64,000 nucleotides of DNA. It comes from Bacteroidota bacterium (GTDB lineage: Bacteria; Bacteroidota; Bacteroidia; UKL13-3). Below, in pieces: positions 8,761 to 18,035 of the stretch. The DNA lies in contig JBPXJS010000041.1 of assembly GCA_051715425.1 (NCBI GenBank), positions 336,360 through 400,359 of the forward strand, given 5' to 3'. The position numbers were made by a program, and so were the translations under genes. Numbering within the stretch: the stretch's first letter is position 1; each line of letters begins with the position of its first letter. Below the pieces are notes generated by a model, which saw only the letters and a program-made list of their open reading frames with translations, had not been told where the DNA came from and did no database searches.

Positions 8761-9723
8761 GTGAGACTGGCCCTTATTGGTTATGGAAATATTGCAAAAA
8801 AGCACATCGAGGTCTTTAAACACTTCGGGGTAAATATTATTGCCTCCTGCAACCGAAGCGAGGCTGGAAATGTTGCAGCTAAAGAGGAAGCGGGCATCAG
8901 GAAAACGTATACAAACTACATAGAAATGGCTGAAAAAGAAGCACCAGATGCCATTTTGGTTTGTGTAACTTTTGATAAAATATATGAGGTTACGAAAGCC
9001 CTGATACCTCTAAAAATTCCATTACTTATTGAAAAACCGGCCGGAACAAGTGTTGCAGAACTATTGGATCTGATAGCGCTCAAAAACAAGTATGAAACAA
9101 TCGTTCAGGTAGCCCTCAACAGACGACACTACTCCATATTTAATACCGCAATTAATGATATGGGAGGAATCCAGAATTTAACTTCTATGTCCATTGAATG
9201 GTCAGAAAATCCGATAAGAGCCATTGAAAAAAAGAATTATACTGAGTCAATGGCTGCTAAATTAATCTATGCGAATTCTATACACGGTTTGGACACTTTG
9301 CTCCATTTTCCAGGCGTTCCTGTAGAAGAACAAATAATAACAAAAAACTTTGATGGGAAATTTCGTTGTCAGATGCAATTGTCAGGATTAACCGGATCTG
9401 GAAAATTAATTCATTTTAACTCCTCATGGGACAATCCTGTTCCCTGGAGAATCGTAATGACATCAGCCGGTATCCGATATGTATTTGCACCGCTTGAAAC
9501 ATGTGTAAAATTGGACAGTAATGGGACAGAGACTATTTTAGAAGCCGACTCATTTGACAAACAATTTAAAGCAGGGTTTTATACCCAGGCCAAACATTTT
9601 ATGCAAATTATTTCTGAAAAACGGGTTCATCATGAACATGACCTTGATTCTTGCATTTCGGGAATGGTTATAGCAGAAAAATTCTATAAAAAACTTTTTC
9701 AAGACAAGTCTACCCAATTATAA
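8761..9723 (+). CDS. Gfo/Idh/MocA-family NAD(P) oxidoreductase (second copy).
   Basis: MRLALIGYGNIAKKHIEVF Rossmann. The LLIEKP motif is typical of this family. Confidence 0.7.
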   Translation: MRLALIGYGNIAKKHIEVFKHFGVNIIASCNRSEAGNVAAKEEAGIRKTYTNYIEMAEKEAPDAILVCVTFDKIYEVTKALIPLKIPLLIEKPAGTSVAELLDLIALKNKYETIVQVALNRRHYSIFNTAINDMGGIQNLTSMSIEWSENPIRAIEKKNYTESMAAKLIYANSIHGLDTLLHFPGVPVEEQIITKNFDGKFRCQMQLSGLTGSGKLIHFNSSWDNPVPWRIVMTSAGIRYVFAPLETCVKLDSNGTETILEADSFDKQFKAGFYTQAKHFMQIISEKRVHHEHDLDSCISGMVIAEKFYKKLFQDKSTQL

Positions 9724-9732
9724 TATTTAATT

Positions 9733-10428
9733 GTGAATATACTCGCCATTATACCAGCACGCGAAGGTTCCAAAAGAGTACCTAAAAAAAATTTCCGCCC
9801 TTTTGCAGAAAGTACCCTTACAGATATCGCTATTAAACAAGCCTTACAAAGCAAACTTATAAAAACAATTGCAGTAAGCTCAGATAGTAAGGAAGTGCTT
9901 GGTATAGCAAAGAAATATGAGCGAATAATTCCGATGGAGCGTCCGGTTGAATTATCAGATGATCATTCTCCCGCTATTGATTATGTGAGGCATACCTTAG
10001 CGGTACTGGAACAAAACCAGCAATTTGATATGGTTGTGATTCTGCAACCCAGTTCTCCGCTGCGAACAGCCGCTGATATTGATGCTACTATAGATATGCT
10101 GCTAAACCACAAGCATGCTGACTCAGCAGTTAGTGTAGTAAAGGTAAGCCACATGGTGCATCCGGTGAAATTAAAAACGATAAAAGACAATGAGCTCCTT
10201 CCTTTTATTGAAGATGAAAAAGGGCGATTTGCTTCCCAGGATTTACCTGATATTTATGTAAGGAACTGCGCTGTTTATGCAACCTGGCGAAAAGACCTTG
10301 AGACAAGACCTGATGTGATAGGAAAAAAAAGTATTGCCTACGTGATGCCTCCTGAAACATCGGTTGATATAAATGATATGATAGATTTTGAGTTTGCAGA
10401 ATACCTGTATAAAAAACAAATTTCTTGA
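9733..10428 (+). CDS. CMP-nonulosonic acid synthetase (acylneuraminate cytidylyltransferase family; NeuA/LegF/PseF-like).
   Basis: ILAIIPAREGSKRVPKKN and ILQPSSPLR motifs of CTP_transf_3. 231 aa. Confidence 0.8.
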   Translation: MNILAIIPAREGSKRVPKKNFRPFAESTLTDIAIKQALQSKLIKTIAVSSDSKEVLGIAKKYERIIPMERPVELSDDHSPAIDYVRHTLAVLEQNQQFDMVVILQPSSPLRTAADIDATIDMLLNHKHADSAVSVVKVSHMVHPVKLKTIKDNELLPFIEDEKGRFASQDLPDIYVRNCAVYATWRKDLETRPDVIGKKSIAYVMPPETSVDINDMIDFEFAEYLYKKQIS

Positions 10429-11870
10429 GCGTTTTAAAATCTTTAGGTAAGGATACTTTTAACTACGGTATTGGTAAAATAATGCCTCAGGTTATTGGAT
10501 TCCTTCTAATACCCGTTTATACCAGATTTCTTAATCCGTCTGATTATGGGATAGTTGAGATGACTGGTGTATTCAGTGCATTTGTAATGATATTTATGCG
10601 AATGGCACTACCCGGTTCAATTACCAGATTCTACTATAATTACAAAGAAGGTAAAGACCTCAAGGATTATGTTACATCCGTATTTTGGTTAATGAAAATA
10701 CTTGGCCTCACAGTAGCAGTTATCACCGGTATTATTGTCTATTTTTTTGCCGGCACACTTATACCGGGATTGCCATTCTGGCCATTTGTACTTATTGCTT
10801 TGGCAACTGCCTTTTTAACAACCAACTCAGAAATTCAGAAAAGACTACTGCAGGCCAGAAGGCAATCTGCCTATTCTGCCAAACTAAATATTGCTACTGC
10901 CGCATTGGGAATATTACTGGTATTGTTATTTGTTCCGGTATTAAAAATGGGAGCCCTCGGTTTTATTTTAGCAGGTTTGATTGCGGCAATTGTATTTTTT
11001 ATTCAGGCTCATTATTATCTCCGTTTCGATTTGCAGGGTTCATTTAAGCCTGCATTGTTAAAGCATTCCGTTAAATATGCCATTCATATTCTTCCTTCTC
11101 ATCTGATTACGCCTTTTTGTGCATTATTCTCCCGCTCACTTCTTTCTTCCGGTTACTCGCTGGAAGCCGTTGGTGTTTTTGCTATTGCCAACCGCTTTAT
11201 GAGTCCTCTCAATATTGTTTCAGGAGCCTTTAGCAATTCATATGTACCGGTTTATTTTGAAACCAGAGAAAGTAATAGTGAAGAAAATTTGCAGAAACTA
11301 ATTGCTGCAACCCAACGAATATGGGTTCTGGCTAACATGATGTTTCTGGCTATGGCAGTTGCCGGTCCTTTATTTATTGTATTGTTAACACCCGATAAAT
11401 ACCACAGCGGTGCCAACCTTATTCCTGTCTTAAGTTTAACCTTTCTTATCGGGGTTTTCTATGATATGTATACACAGGAACTTTATTACAGCAAACAAAC
11501 TCAGTGGGTTAGTATTATTGCCGTTATGCGATTCATTGCCAATATCAGTGTATTGTTGTTAACGGTAAATTCTTTGGGCATTTTTGCTATTCCGGTGAGC
11601 TTACTTGCAGAATCAATAGTTATCACTACAACTGCTTACTTTATATCAAGAAAACAATTCAGGCTAAAAAAAGATAATTCCTTCCTTACCGTGATAACTG
11701 CTGCCAGCATATCACTCGCATCCATACAAACAATTATGCTTTATTACTCCTTTCCCCTGCATATTCTCATACTGAGCGGGATTGTATTAATCATCATGTT
11801 TCTCGGATTTCTGCATTATAAAAAGTATTTTAACTTTAATACCCTACTAACCCGAATAAGAAAATCATAA
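10425..11870 (+). CDS. wzx: Wzx-type oligosaccharide flippase (polysaccharide biosynthesis protein, MOP superfamily).
   Basis: 481 aa with about 12-14 predicted TM helices. The N-terminus NYGIGKIMPQVIGFLLIPVYTRFL is typical of Wzx. Confidence 0.8.
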   Translation: MSVLKSLGKDTFNYGIGKIMPQVIGFLLIPVYTRFLNPSDYGIVEMTGVFSAFVMIFMRMALPGSITRFYYNYKEGKDLKDYVTSVFWLMKILGLTVAVITGIIVYFFAGTLIPGLPFWPFVLIALATAFLTTNSEIQKRLLQARRQSAYSAKLNIATAALGILLVLLFVPVLKMGALGFILAGLIAAIVFFIQAHYYLRFDLQGSFKPALLKHSVKYAIHILPSHLITPFCALFSRSLLSSGYSLEAVGVFAIANRFMSPLNIVSGAFSNSYVPVYFETRESNSEENLQKLIAATQRIWVLANMMFLAMAVAGPLFIVLLTPDKYHSGANLIPVLSLTFLIGVFYDMYTQELYYSKQTQWVSIIAVMRFIANISVLLLTVNSLGIFAIPVSLLAESIVITTTAYFISRKQFRLKKDNSFLTVITAASISLASIQTIMLYYSFPLHILILSGIVLIIMFLGFLHYKKYFNFNTLLTRIRKS

Positions 11871-11874
11871 CCAT

Positions 11875-12885
11875 ATGTTATCAAATAAGTCAATTTTAAT
11901 AACCGGAGGAACAGGTTCTTTAGGTAAAGAACTTACCAAAACAATTCTAAGCAAATGGCCCGATGTGAAAAAGCTTATCATTTACTCAAGAGATGAGCAA
12001 AAGCAATTCCAGATGGAACAGGAATTTCCGGTAAGCAAATACCCTGCAGTACGTTATTTCATAGGCGATGTAAGAGATCTTGAAAGACTTAAACGCGCCT
12101 TAACCGGTGTGGATTACGTTATACATGCTGCGGCAATGAAACACGTACATATTGCCGAGTATAATCCGGATGAATGTGTGAAAACGAATGTAGGAGGGGC
12201 GGAAAATTTGATAAAGGCCGCGCTTGAAACTAATGTTAAAAAGGTAGTGGCGTTATCTACGGATAAGGCATGTGCTCCAATTAACCTTTATGGTGCCACT
12301 AAACTAACTTCAGACAAACTTTTTATAGCAGCCAATAATATCAAAGGATTCAAGGATATCAAATTCTCTGTTGTTCGTTACGGCAACGTCATGGGTTCAA
12401 ACGGCTCTGTTATTCCCTTTTTTATTAACAAGAAAAAAGAAGGTGTGTTGCCAATTACAGATCCCAATATGACCCGTTTTAATATCTCCCTTGCAGGTGG
12501 TGTTGATATGGTGCTGCATGCTTTAGAACATGCATGGGGTGGAGAATTATATGTACCTAAAATTCCTTCCTATAAAATAATGGACGTGGCAGAAGCGATA
12601 GGCCCGGAATGTGAACACAGGGTTTCAGGTATAAGACCCGGAGAGAAAATCCATGAAGAAATGATAACAAGTTCTGATTCATTCACCACTTATGATTTGG
12701 GTAAGTACTATGTTATTCTTCCACAGGAGCCTATCTGGGATTTGCAGGAATTTATTAAACAGTTTAATGCCAAACATGTGCCCGAAGGATTTAATTACAC
12801 ATCGGGTGAAAACACAGAGTGGGAAACTGTTGAAAGCCTCCGAAAATTAATTAAAGAACACGTTGATCCAACTTTTGTTGTATAA
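11875..12885 (+). CDS. pseB: UDP-N-acetylglucosamine 4,6-dehydratase (inverting), PseB / FlaA1-like.
   Basis: ILITGGTGSLGKEL Rossmann. STDKACAPINLYGATKL is the catalytic Y-x3-K region. 336 aa. Lies upstream of the PseC-like gene. Confidence 0.85.
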   Translation: MLSNKSILITGGTGSLGKELTKTILSKWPDVKKLIIYSRDEQKQFQMEQEFPVSKYPAVRYFIGDVRDLERLKRALTGVDYVIHAAAMKHVHIAEYNPDECVKTNVGGAENLIKAALETNVKKVVALSTDKACAPINLYGATKLTSDKLFIAANNIKGFKDIKFSVVRYGNVMGSNGSVIPFFINKKKEGVLPITDPNMTRFNISLAGGVDMVLHALEHAWGGELYVPKIPSYKIMDVAEAIGPECEHRVSGIRPGEKIHEEMITSSDSFTTYDLGKYYVILPQEPIWDLQEFIKQFNAKHVPEGFNYTSGENTEWETVESLRKLIKEHVDPTFVV

Positions 12886-12889
12886 AATA

Positions 12890-14044
12890 ATGAAACCAAT
12901 ACCATACGGAAAACAATACATTAACGAAGACGATCTGAAGGCAGTTACTGAAACGCTTCAATCTGATTTTCTTACCCAGGGACCTGCAATTGCTGAGTTT
13001 GAAAGTGCCTTTGCAACTTACACCGGTGCAAAATATGCTGTTGCATTAAGTAATGGAACGGCAGCTCTTCACCTATGTGCAATGGCATTGGATGTAAATG
13101 AAAAGAGTAATGTAATTACAACCCCAATTACATTTGCTGCATCAGCTAACTGCGTGAGGTACTGCGGTGGCAACGTTTTTTTCGCAGATATTAATCCCAA
13201 TACCTACACCCTTGATATTACAAAAGTCGAAGAACTGATTCTATCAAAACCTAAAGGATTCTTTCAAGGGATAATCCCGGTTGACTTTGCCGGATATGCT
13301 GTGAACCTGGAAGCATTCAGAAATCTGGCTGATAAACACGGCTTATGGATTATTGAAGATGCATGCCACGCCCCAGGAGGGTATTTTACAGATTCATCAG
13401 GTACCGAACAATTCTGCGGAAACGGAACTTATGCCGATATGGCTATTTTCTCCTTTCACCCGGTTAAACATATTGCATGTGGCGAAGGAGGAATGATTAC
13501 TACCAACAACGAAGACCTTTACAAAAAGCTTCTGTTACTGAGAACACATGGCATAACAAAAGATCCCAACCTGTTACACGAAAATCATGGCGCATGGTAT
13601 TATGAAATGCAAACTCTGGGGTATAACTACAGATTAACTGATTTTCAAGCCGCTTTGGGAACTTCACAATTAAAACGGGCGGATCAGGGTCTATTGCGAA
13701 GAAGAGAAATCGCTCAAACATATTTTGATGCTTTTAAAGATTGTGATTTCATAAAAGGACAATCAGGTGCGGTTGAGGGGCATGCCTATCACCTGTATAT
13801 CATTGAAACAGATAGACGAAAAGAATTGTATGATTTCCTGAGAAGCAAGAATATTTTTTGTCAGGTTCATTATATCCCGGTGCACACGCTGCCATACTAC
13901 ACTGAACTTGGACATAAAAAAGGTGATTATTATAATGCCGAACACTATTATAGCCAGTGTTTAAGTTTACCTATGTTTCCAACATTAAGTCATGAAGAAC
14001 AGACATATGTGATTCATCAGATAAAAGACTTTTTCAGTAACTAA
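12890..14044 (+). CDS. pseC: DegT/DnrJ/EryC1-family PLP aminotransferase, PseC-like (UDP-4-amino-4,6-dideoxy-L-AltNAc transaminase).
   Basis: YGKQYINEDDLKAV and FSFHPVKHIACGEGGMITT (PLP lysine region). Start set at MKPIPYG just after the pseB stop (the track ORF starts at 12863). Confidence 0.8.
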   Translation: MKPIPYGKQYINEDDLKAVTETLQSDFLTQGPAIAEFESAFATYTGAKYAVALSNGTAALHLCAMALDVNEKSNVITTPITFAASANCVRYCGGNVFFADINPNTYTLDITKVEELILSKPKGFFQGIIPVDFAGYAVNLEAFRNLADKHGLWIIEDACHAPGGYFTDSSGTEQFCGNGTYADMAIFSFHPVKHIACGEGGMITTNNEDLYKKLLLLRTHGITKDPNLLHENHGAWYYEMQTLGYNYRLTDFQAALGTSQLKRADQGLLRRREIAQTYFDAFKDCDFIKGQSGAVEGHAYHLYIIETDRRKELYDFLRSKNIFCQVHYIPVHTLPYYTELGHKKGDYYNAEHYYSQCLSLPMFPTLSHEEQTYVIHQIKDFFSN

Positions 14045-14087
14045 TCTTTACCCTTAGTTAGTCATTTAACACAACCAAATTATTTCC

Positions 14088-14951
14088 ATGTCTCCATCAG
14101 TCATTCTTGGTACTGTACAATTCGGCCTTCCTTATGGAATAAATAACTCCAGCGGTCAGGTAAGGAATGAAGAAGCAATAAAAGTGCTTTTGCTTGCTGC
14201 TGAACATGGAATAACCACCCTTGATACTGCTGAAGTATATGGAAACGCCCAGAAAATTATTGGCGATTTTCATCAACATCATGCCCAGCGGTTTCTAATT
14301 AATACCAAGTTTAAGGGCACAGAAAACAACACATTACTTGCCGAGTGCAAAAAAAGCCTCGCGGAGTTAAACATTTCACGTATTGAAACTTATTTCTTTC
14401 ATAGCTACCAGGACTATACCAACAAACCTGGCTTACGCTCAGAGCTTAGCGCTCTAAAAGAGCAAGGGCTTATAAGAAAAACCGGTCTTTCCATATATAC
14501 CAACGAGGAATTTGATACTGCCATTAACGACTCATCTATTGATACCATACAACTCCCGTTTAATTTACTTGACAACTATAACAAACGCGGTGCTTTGCTC
14601 AATAAAGCTAAACAATCAGGAAAATGCATTCAGGTAAGATCCGTTTTTCTTCAAGGTTTATTTTTTAAGCCTACAAATGAACTACCAGACTTTTTAATGC
14701 CACTTAAACCCTGGCTCGAAAAACTAAACTCACTTGCCAAAGCATATCAAACCAGCATGGAAACCCTTTGTTTACAATATGCAGCTTCCCAAAACCTGAT
14801 AGATGAGATTATTATAGGCGTTGATTCCTCTGAGCACCTGATAAGAAATCTTGCTTCACTAAACGAAAGATGTAACGAACAATTATTGCAGGAAATCAAT
14901 AACATAAACGTAGAAGAAACTTCCTTACTTTATCCTTTTAACTGGAAATAA
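14088..14951 (+). CDS. Aldo/keto reductase family oxidoreductase.
   Basis: ILGTVQFGLPYG and TLDTAEVYGN are AKR N-terminal motifs. Confidence 0.7.
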   Translation: MSPSVILGTVQFGLPYGINNSSGQVRNEEAIKVLLLAAEHGITTLDTAEVYGNAQKIIGDFHQHHAQRFLINTKFKGTENNTLLAECKKSLAELNISRIETYFFHSYQDYTNKPGLRSELSALKEQGLIRKTGLSIYTNEEFDTAINDSSIDTIQLPFNLLDNYNKRGALLNKAKQSGKCIQVRSVFLQGLFFKPTNELPDFLMPLKPWLEKLNSLAKAYQTSMETLCLQYAASQNLIDEIIIGVDSSEHLIRNLASLNERCNEQLLQEINNINVEETSLLYPFNWK

Positions 14952-14953
14952 CT

Positions 14954-15934
14954 ATGACTACTAAAACATATATTATCGCTGAAATAGCACAGGGTTTTGA
15001 AGGAAATCCCTGGTTATGCAAAAAATTTATTGAACTGGCAAAAAAGTCAGGAGCGGATGCTGTAAAATTTCAAATCTTCAGAGCAAGTGAAGTATGTACA
15101 GAGGACTATGTATACAATGAACTCTTTAATTCACTTGAGATTGACCCAAAAATCTGGACAGAGCTTATCAGCTACAGTAAATCCATAGGAATCGACTTTA
15201 TTTCCGATGTGGTTGGGATAGAAACATATGACTGGATAAGCAAAACAGACATTACCTCTTATAAAATCCATTCCACAGATCTGAAAAATTATCCCCTGCT
15301 AAAACATATTGGCAACAGAAAACACCGCATCTATGTTGGAATAGGTGGAAGTACTGCTGAAGAAATAGCTAAGGCGATAACCTTACTTGGAGATAGTGAC
15401 CTTGTTCTCCTCACAGGTTTTCAGGCAGAACCCAACCTGCTGGTTGATGTGGAACTTGATAAAATAAAGCTGTTGCAAAAAATGTTCAATCTGCCGGTAG
15501 GTTATGCAGACCATATTGATGCAAATGAAGACCTCGCTGTTGTATTGCCTTCAATGGCGGTGCTGGCCGGAGCCTCAACAATTGAGAAACACCTTACCAT
15601 TGACAGAAACAACCTTCAGATTGAAGACTATATTTCGGCTCTCAACTCTGATGAATTTATACGAATGGTTAACCTGATCAGAAACGTTGAGCAGTTTCCT
15701 TCTCAACAGGAATATAAGTTAAGTGACAGGGAAATTGAATACAGAAAAAAATCAAAGCGTGTAATTCTGGCTGCTAAAGATATTCCCGCAGGTCACACCA
15801 TTGATGCAAGTGATATTACCTTGCTGAGAACGGGAACCCCGGCAGAAATTCTAGATATTGATGAGGTAGTTCATAAACAAACCAAACGAGCATTTAAAAA
15901 ACTGGAAGTAATAACCAAAACGGAATTGATATGA
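14954..15934 (+). CDS. Divergent NeuB-family (SpsE-like) PEP-dependent sugar synthase (copy 2).
   Basis: YIIAEIAQGFEGNP, AVKFQIF, YKIHSTD and GYADHID align to NeuB family motifs. The metal-binding region is divergent. 326 aa. Confidence 0.65.
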   Translation: MTTKTYIIAEIAQGFEGNPWLCKKFIELAKKSGADAVKFQIFRASEVCTEDYVYNELFNSLEIDPKIWTELISYSKSIGIDFISDVVGIETYDWISKTDITSYKIHSTDLKNYPLLKHIGNRKHRIYVGIGGSTAEEIAKAITLLGDSDLVLLTGFQAEPNLLVDVELDKIKLLQKMFNLPVGYADHIDANEDLAVVLPSMAVLAGASTIEKHLTIDRNNLQIEDYISALNSDEFIRMVNLIRNVEQFPSQQEYKLSDREIEYRKKSKRVILAAKDIPAGHTIDASDITLLRTGTPAEILDIDEVVHKQTKRAFKKLEVITKTELI

Positions 15935-16668
15935 AATTAATAGCAACACTTGCCTGTAGAAACAATTCTAAGCGTCTTTACGGCAAACCAATGCAATTGC
16001 TGCAAACAAGAACTGTACTCGAGTATATTGTAAAAGGAATTGAAGCCAATGGAGAAGTAGATGAAATTGTGCTTGCTATCAGTTCTAAAACAGGAAACGA
16101 AATTTTTATTGAGGAAGCCAACAGACTTGGGGTAAGATACGTGCTTGGAGATGACAAAGATGTTCTTAAACGTTTAATTGATGCCTGTGAACTCGGAGGA
16201 GGAGATACCATTTATAGGGTAACCACCGAATCACCATTCCCATATATTGAAGGGTTAAAAAAAGCCAAAACTTCTCACGAGGAGCAACATGCAGATTATA
16301 CCACGTATTCCAACCTGCCTGATGGAAGCAGCTTTGAAATAGTAAGCCTGCGTGCTTTAAAAGCTTCTCATGAGCAAGGAGAAGATCGTCACAGGAGTGA
16401 GTTATGTACCTTGTATATGAATGAAAATAAATCCCGGTTTAAGTTCAATATTCTTGAAACACCGGAGGCTCTTCAACGTGCGGATTATCGTTTAACAATT
16501 GATTTTCCTGAAGACCTGATTCTTTGCCGTAAAATCATACTGGGTCTTGGCGGTGATACAAACTATATCCCTTTCGAAAAGATTATTTCTTTTCTTGATG
16601 CTGACCCGGAACTAAGAAAAACCGTAGCCAACCTGACAGATGAATCTTACATAAAATTCTTTCACTAA
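15931..16668 (+). CDS. SpsF-like cytidylyltransferase (CMP-sugar synthetase family, PseF/SpsF subgroup).
   Basis: MKLIATLACRNNSKRLYGKPM N-terminal nucleotide-binding motif. Overlaps the upstream NeuB-family gene by 4 bp. Confidence 0.65.
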   Translation: MKLIATLACRNNSKRLYGKPMQLLQTRTVLEYIVKGIEANGEVDEIVLAISSKTGNEIFIEEANRLGVRYVLGDDKDVLKRLIDACELGGGDTIYRVTTESPFPYIEGLKKAKTSHEEQHADYTTYSNLPDGSSFEIVSLRALKASHEQGEDRHRSELCTLYMNENKSRFKFNILETPEALQRADYRLTIDFPEDLILCRKIILGLGGDTNYIPFEKIISFLDADPELRKTVANLTDESYIKFFH

Positions 16669-18017
16669 TGAGACAAATCAGCAATTTCAGTAAATCTGAA
16701 GAATACCGTAAAAAAATTCACGACCTGATTCCCGGTGGAGGTCATACCTATTCCAAGGGAGACGATCAGTTTCCACAATTATCTCCTGCTGCAATACAAT
16801 ATGGCAAAGGAGCCTATGTATGGGATATTGACGGCAACCAGTACCTTGACTGTTCCATGGGATTAACTTCGGTTAGTCTTGGCCATGCTTATCCTGAAGT
16901 AACTGAGCGCGTAAAAAAGGAACTTGATTTTGGTGTAAACTTTCAACGTCCCTCCTATCTTGAAATGGAAATGGCGGAAAAGTTTCTATCCCTGATTCCG
17001 CAACACGATATGATTAAGTTTGCGAAAAACGGATCTATAGTTACTACAGCAGCAGTGAAACTAGCAAGGGCCCATACAGGAAGAAAACTTGTTGCGTTCC
17101 CCGGAGATCATCCTTTCTATTCATACGATGATTGGTTTATTGGAAAAACGGCATGCAATAAAGGTGTACCTGAAGAAATATCAGCACTCTCTGTAACTTT
17201 TCAGGGATGCAACTTGCAATCACTGAAAGAATTGTTTGAAAAGTATCCGGATCAGATTGCCTGTGTAATAACAGAGCCTGAAAGAAACCAATGCTATTAC
17301 AACTGTGCCTGTGGCGGCCAACCCGGAGCTTTCCTCGAAAAAGCGATAAAACTTTGCCATGAGCATGGGGCTTTATTTATTATTGATGAAATGATCACAG
17401 GATTTAAAACTGCTCTGCCAGGTTCTTTGGTGAAATATAACCTGAAACCGGATATGGCAACATGGGGAAAAGGTATTGCCAATGGCTTTTCCTTTTGCGC
17501 ACTCACTGGAACAAAAGAGGTAATGGAATTGGGTGGCATTCGAAACAAAGGTCAGGAAAAGGTATTTCTTACTTCTACCACACATGGTGGAGAAACACAT
17601 GCTATTGCAGCGGGTATTGCCTCCATAGACGTATTTCAAAAAAACAATGTCATTGCCCACAATCATGAAATCGGTAACTACTTTCTTGCTAAATGCAATG
17701 AAGTTATACAACATCATGAACTGACCAAATATGTACATCTGATGAATTGTAACTGGATGCCTGTATTTATATTCCGAAATTCAAAAGAGGAAATATGTCA
17801 GGGCATGCGTACGCTGGTATTACAGGAAATGATTAAGCGGGGAATCCTGTTTCAGGGAGCCTTTGTTCCCTGCTATTCCCATACAAAAGAAGACGTTGAT
17901 TATTTTGCCGAAGCCCTCGATCAGAGCCTTGTTATTTTCAAGCAAGCCCTTCACAATGGATATGAATCATATCTTACTGGCGAACCTGCAAAAGCTGTTT
18001 TTAGAAAATTATTATAA
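16668..18017 (+). CDS. Class III PLP aminotransferase (glutamate-1-semialdehyde aminomutase-like).
   Basis: GGGHTYSKG, DIDGNQYLDCSMGLTSVSLGH, IIDEMITGFK and MATWGKGIANGFS (PLP Lys) are hallmarks of class III aminotransferases. Confidence 0.75.
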   Translation: MRQISNFSKSEEYRKKIHDLIPGGGHTYSKGDDQFPQLSPAAIQYGKGAYVWDIDGNQYLDCSMGLTSVSLGHAYPEVTERVKKELDFGVNFQRPSYLEMEMAEKFLSLIPQHDMIKFAKNGSIVTTAAVKLARAHTGRKLVAFPGDHPFYSYDDWFIGKTACNKGVPEEISALSVTFQGCNLQSLKELFEKYPDQIACVITEPERNQCYYNCACGGQPGAFLEKAIKLCHEHGALFIIDEMITGFKTALPGSLVKYNLKPDMATWGKGIANGFSFCALTGTKEVMELGGIRNKGQEKVFLTSTTHGGETHAIAAGIASIDVFQKNNVIAHNHEIGNYFLAKCNEVIQHHELTKYVHLMNCNWMPVFIFRNSKEEICQGMRTLVLQEMIKRGILFQGAFVPCYSHTKEDVDYFAEALDQSLVIFKQALHNGYESYLTGEPAKAVFRKLL

Positions 18018-18035
18018 CTACTAAATATAATTATC

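Noticed and set aside
10685-11047. Alternative-frame + strand ORFs nested in real genes (10685-11047, 3688-3876, 5289-5486, 17462-17668, 18097-18279, 19513-19698, 28538-28996, 31683-32008, 37144-37341, 38769-38990, 39601-39798, 62658-62855, 63357-63671)
   Set aside because: They overlap, out of frame, with genes that have strong family motifs. The compositions are Cys/His-rich and odd. The ORF at 63357-63671 conflicts with the PglF-like frame, and that frame has clear TM helices and a Rossmann motif.
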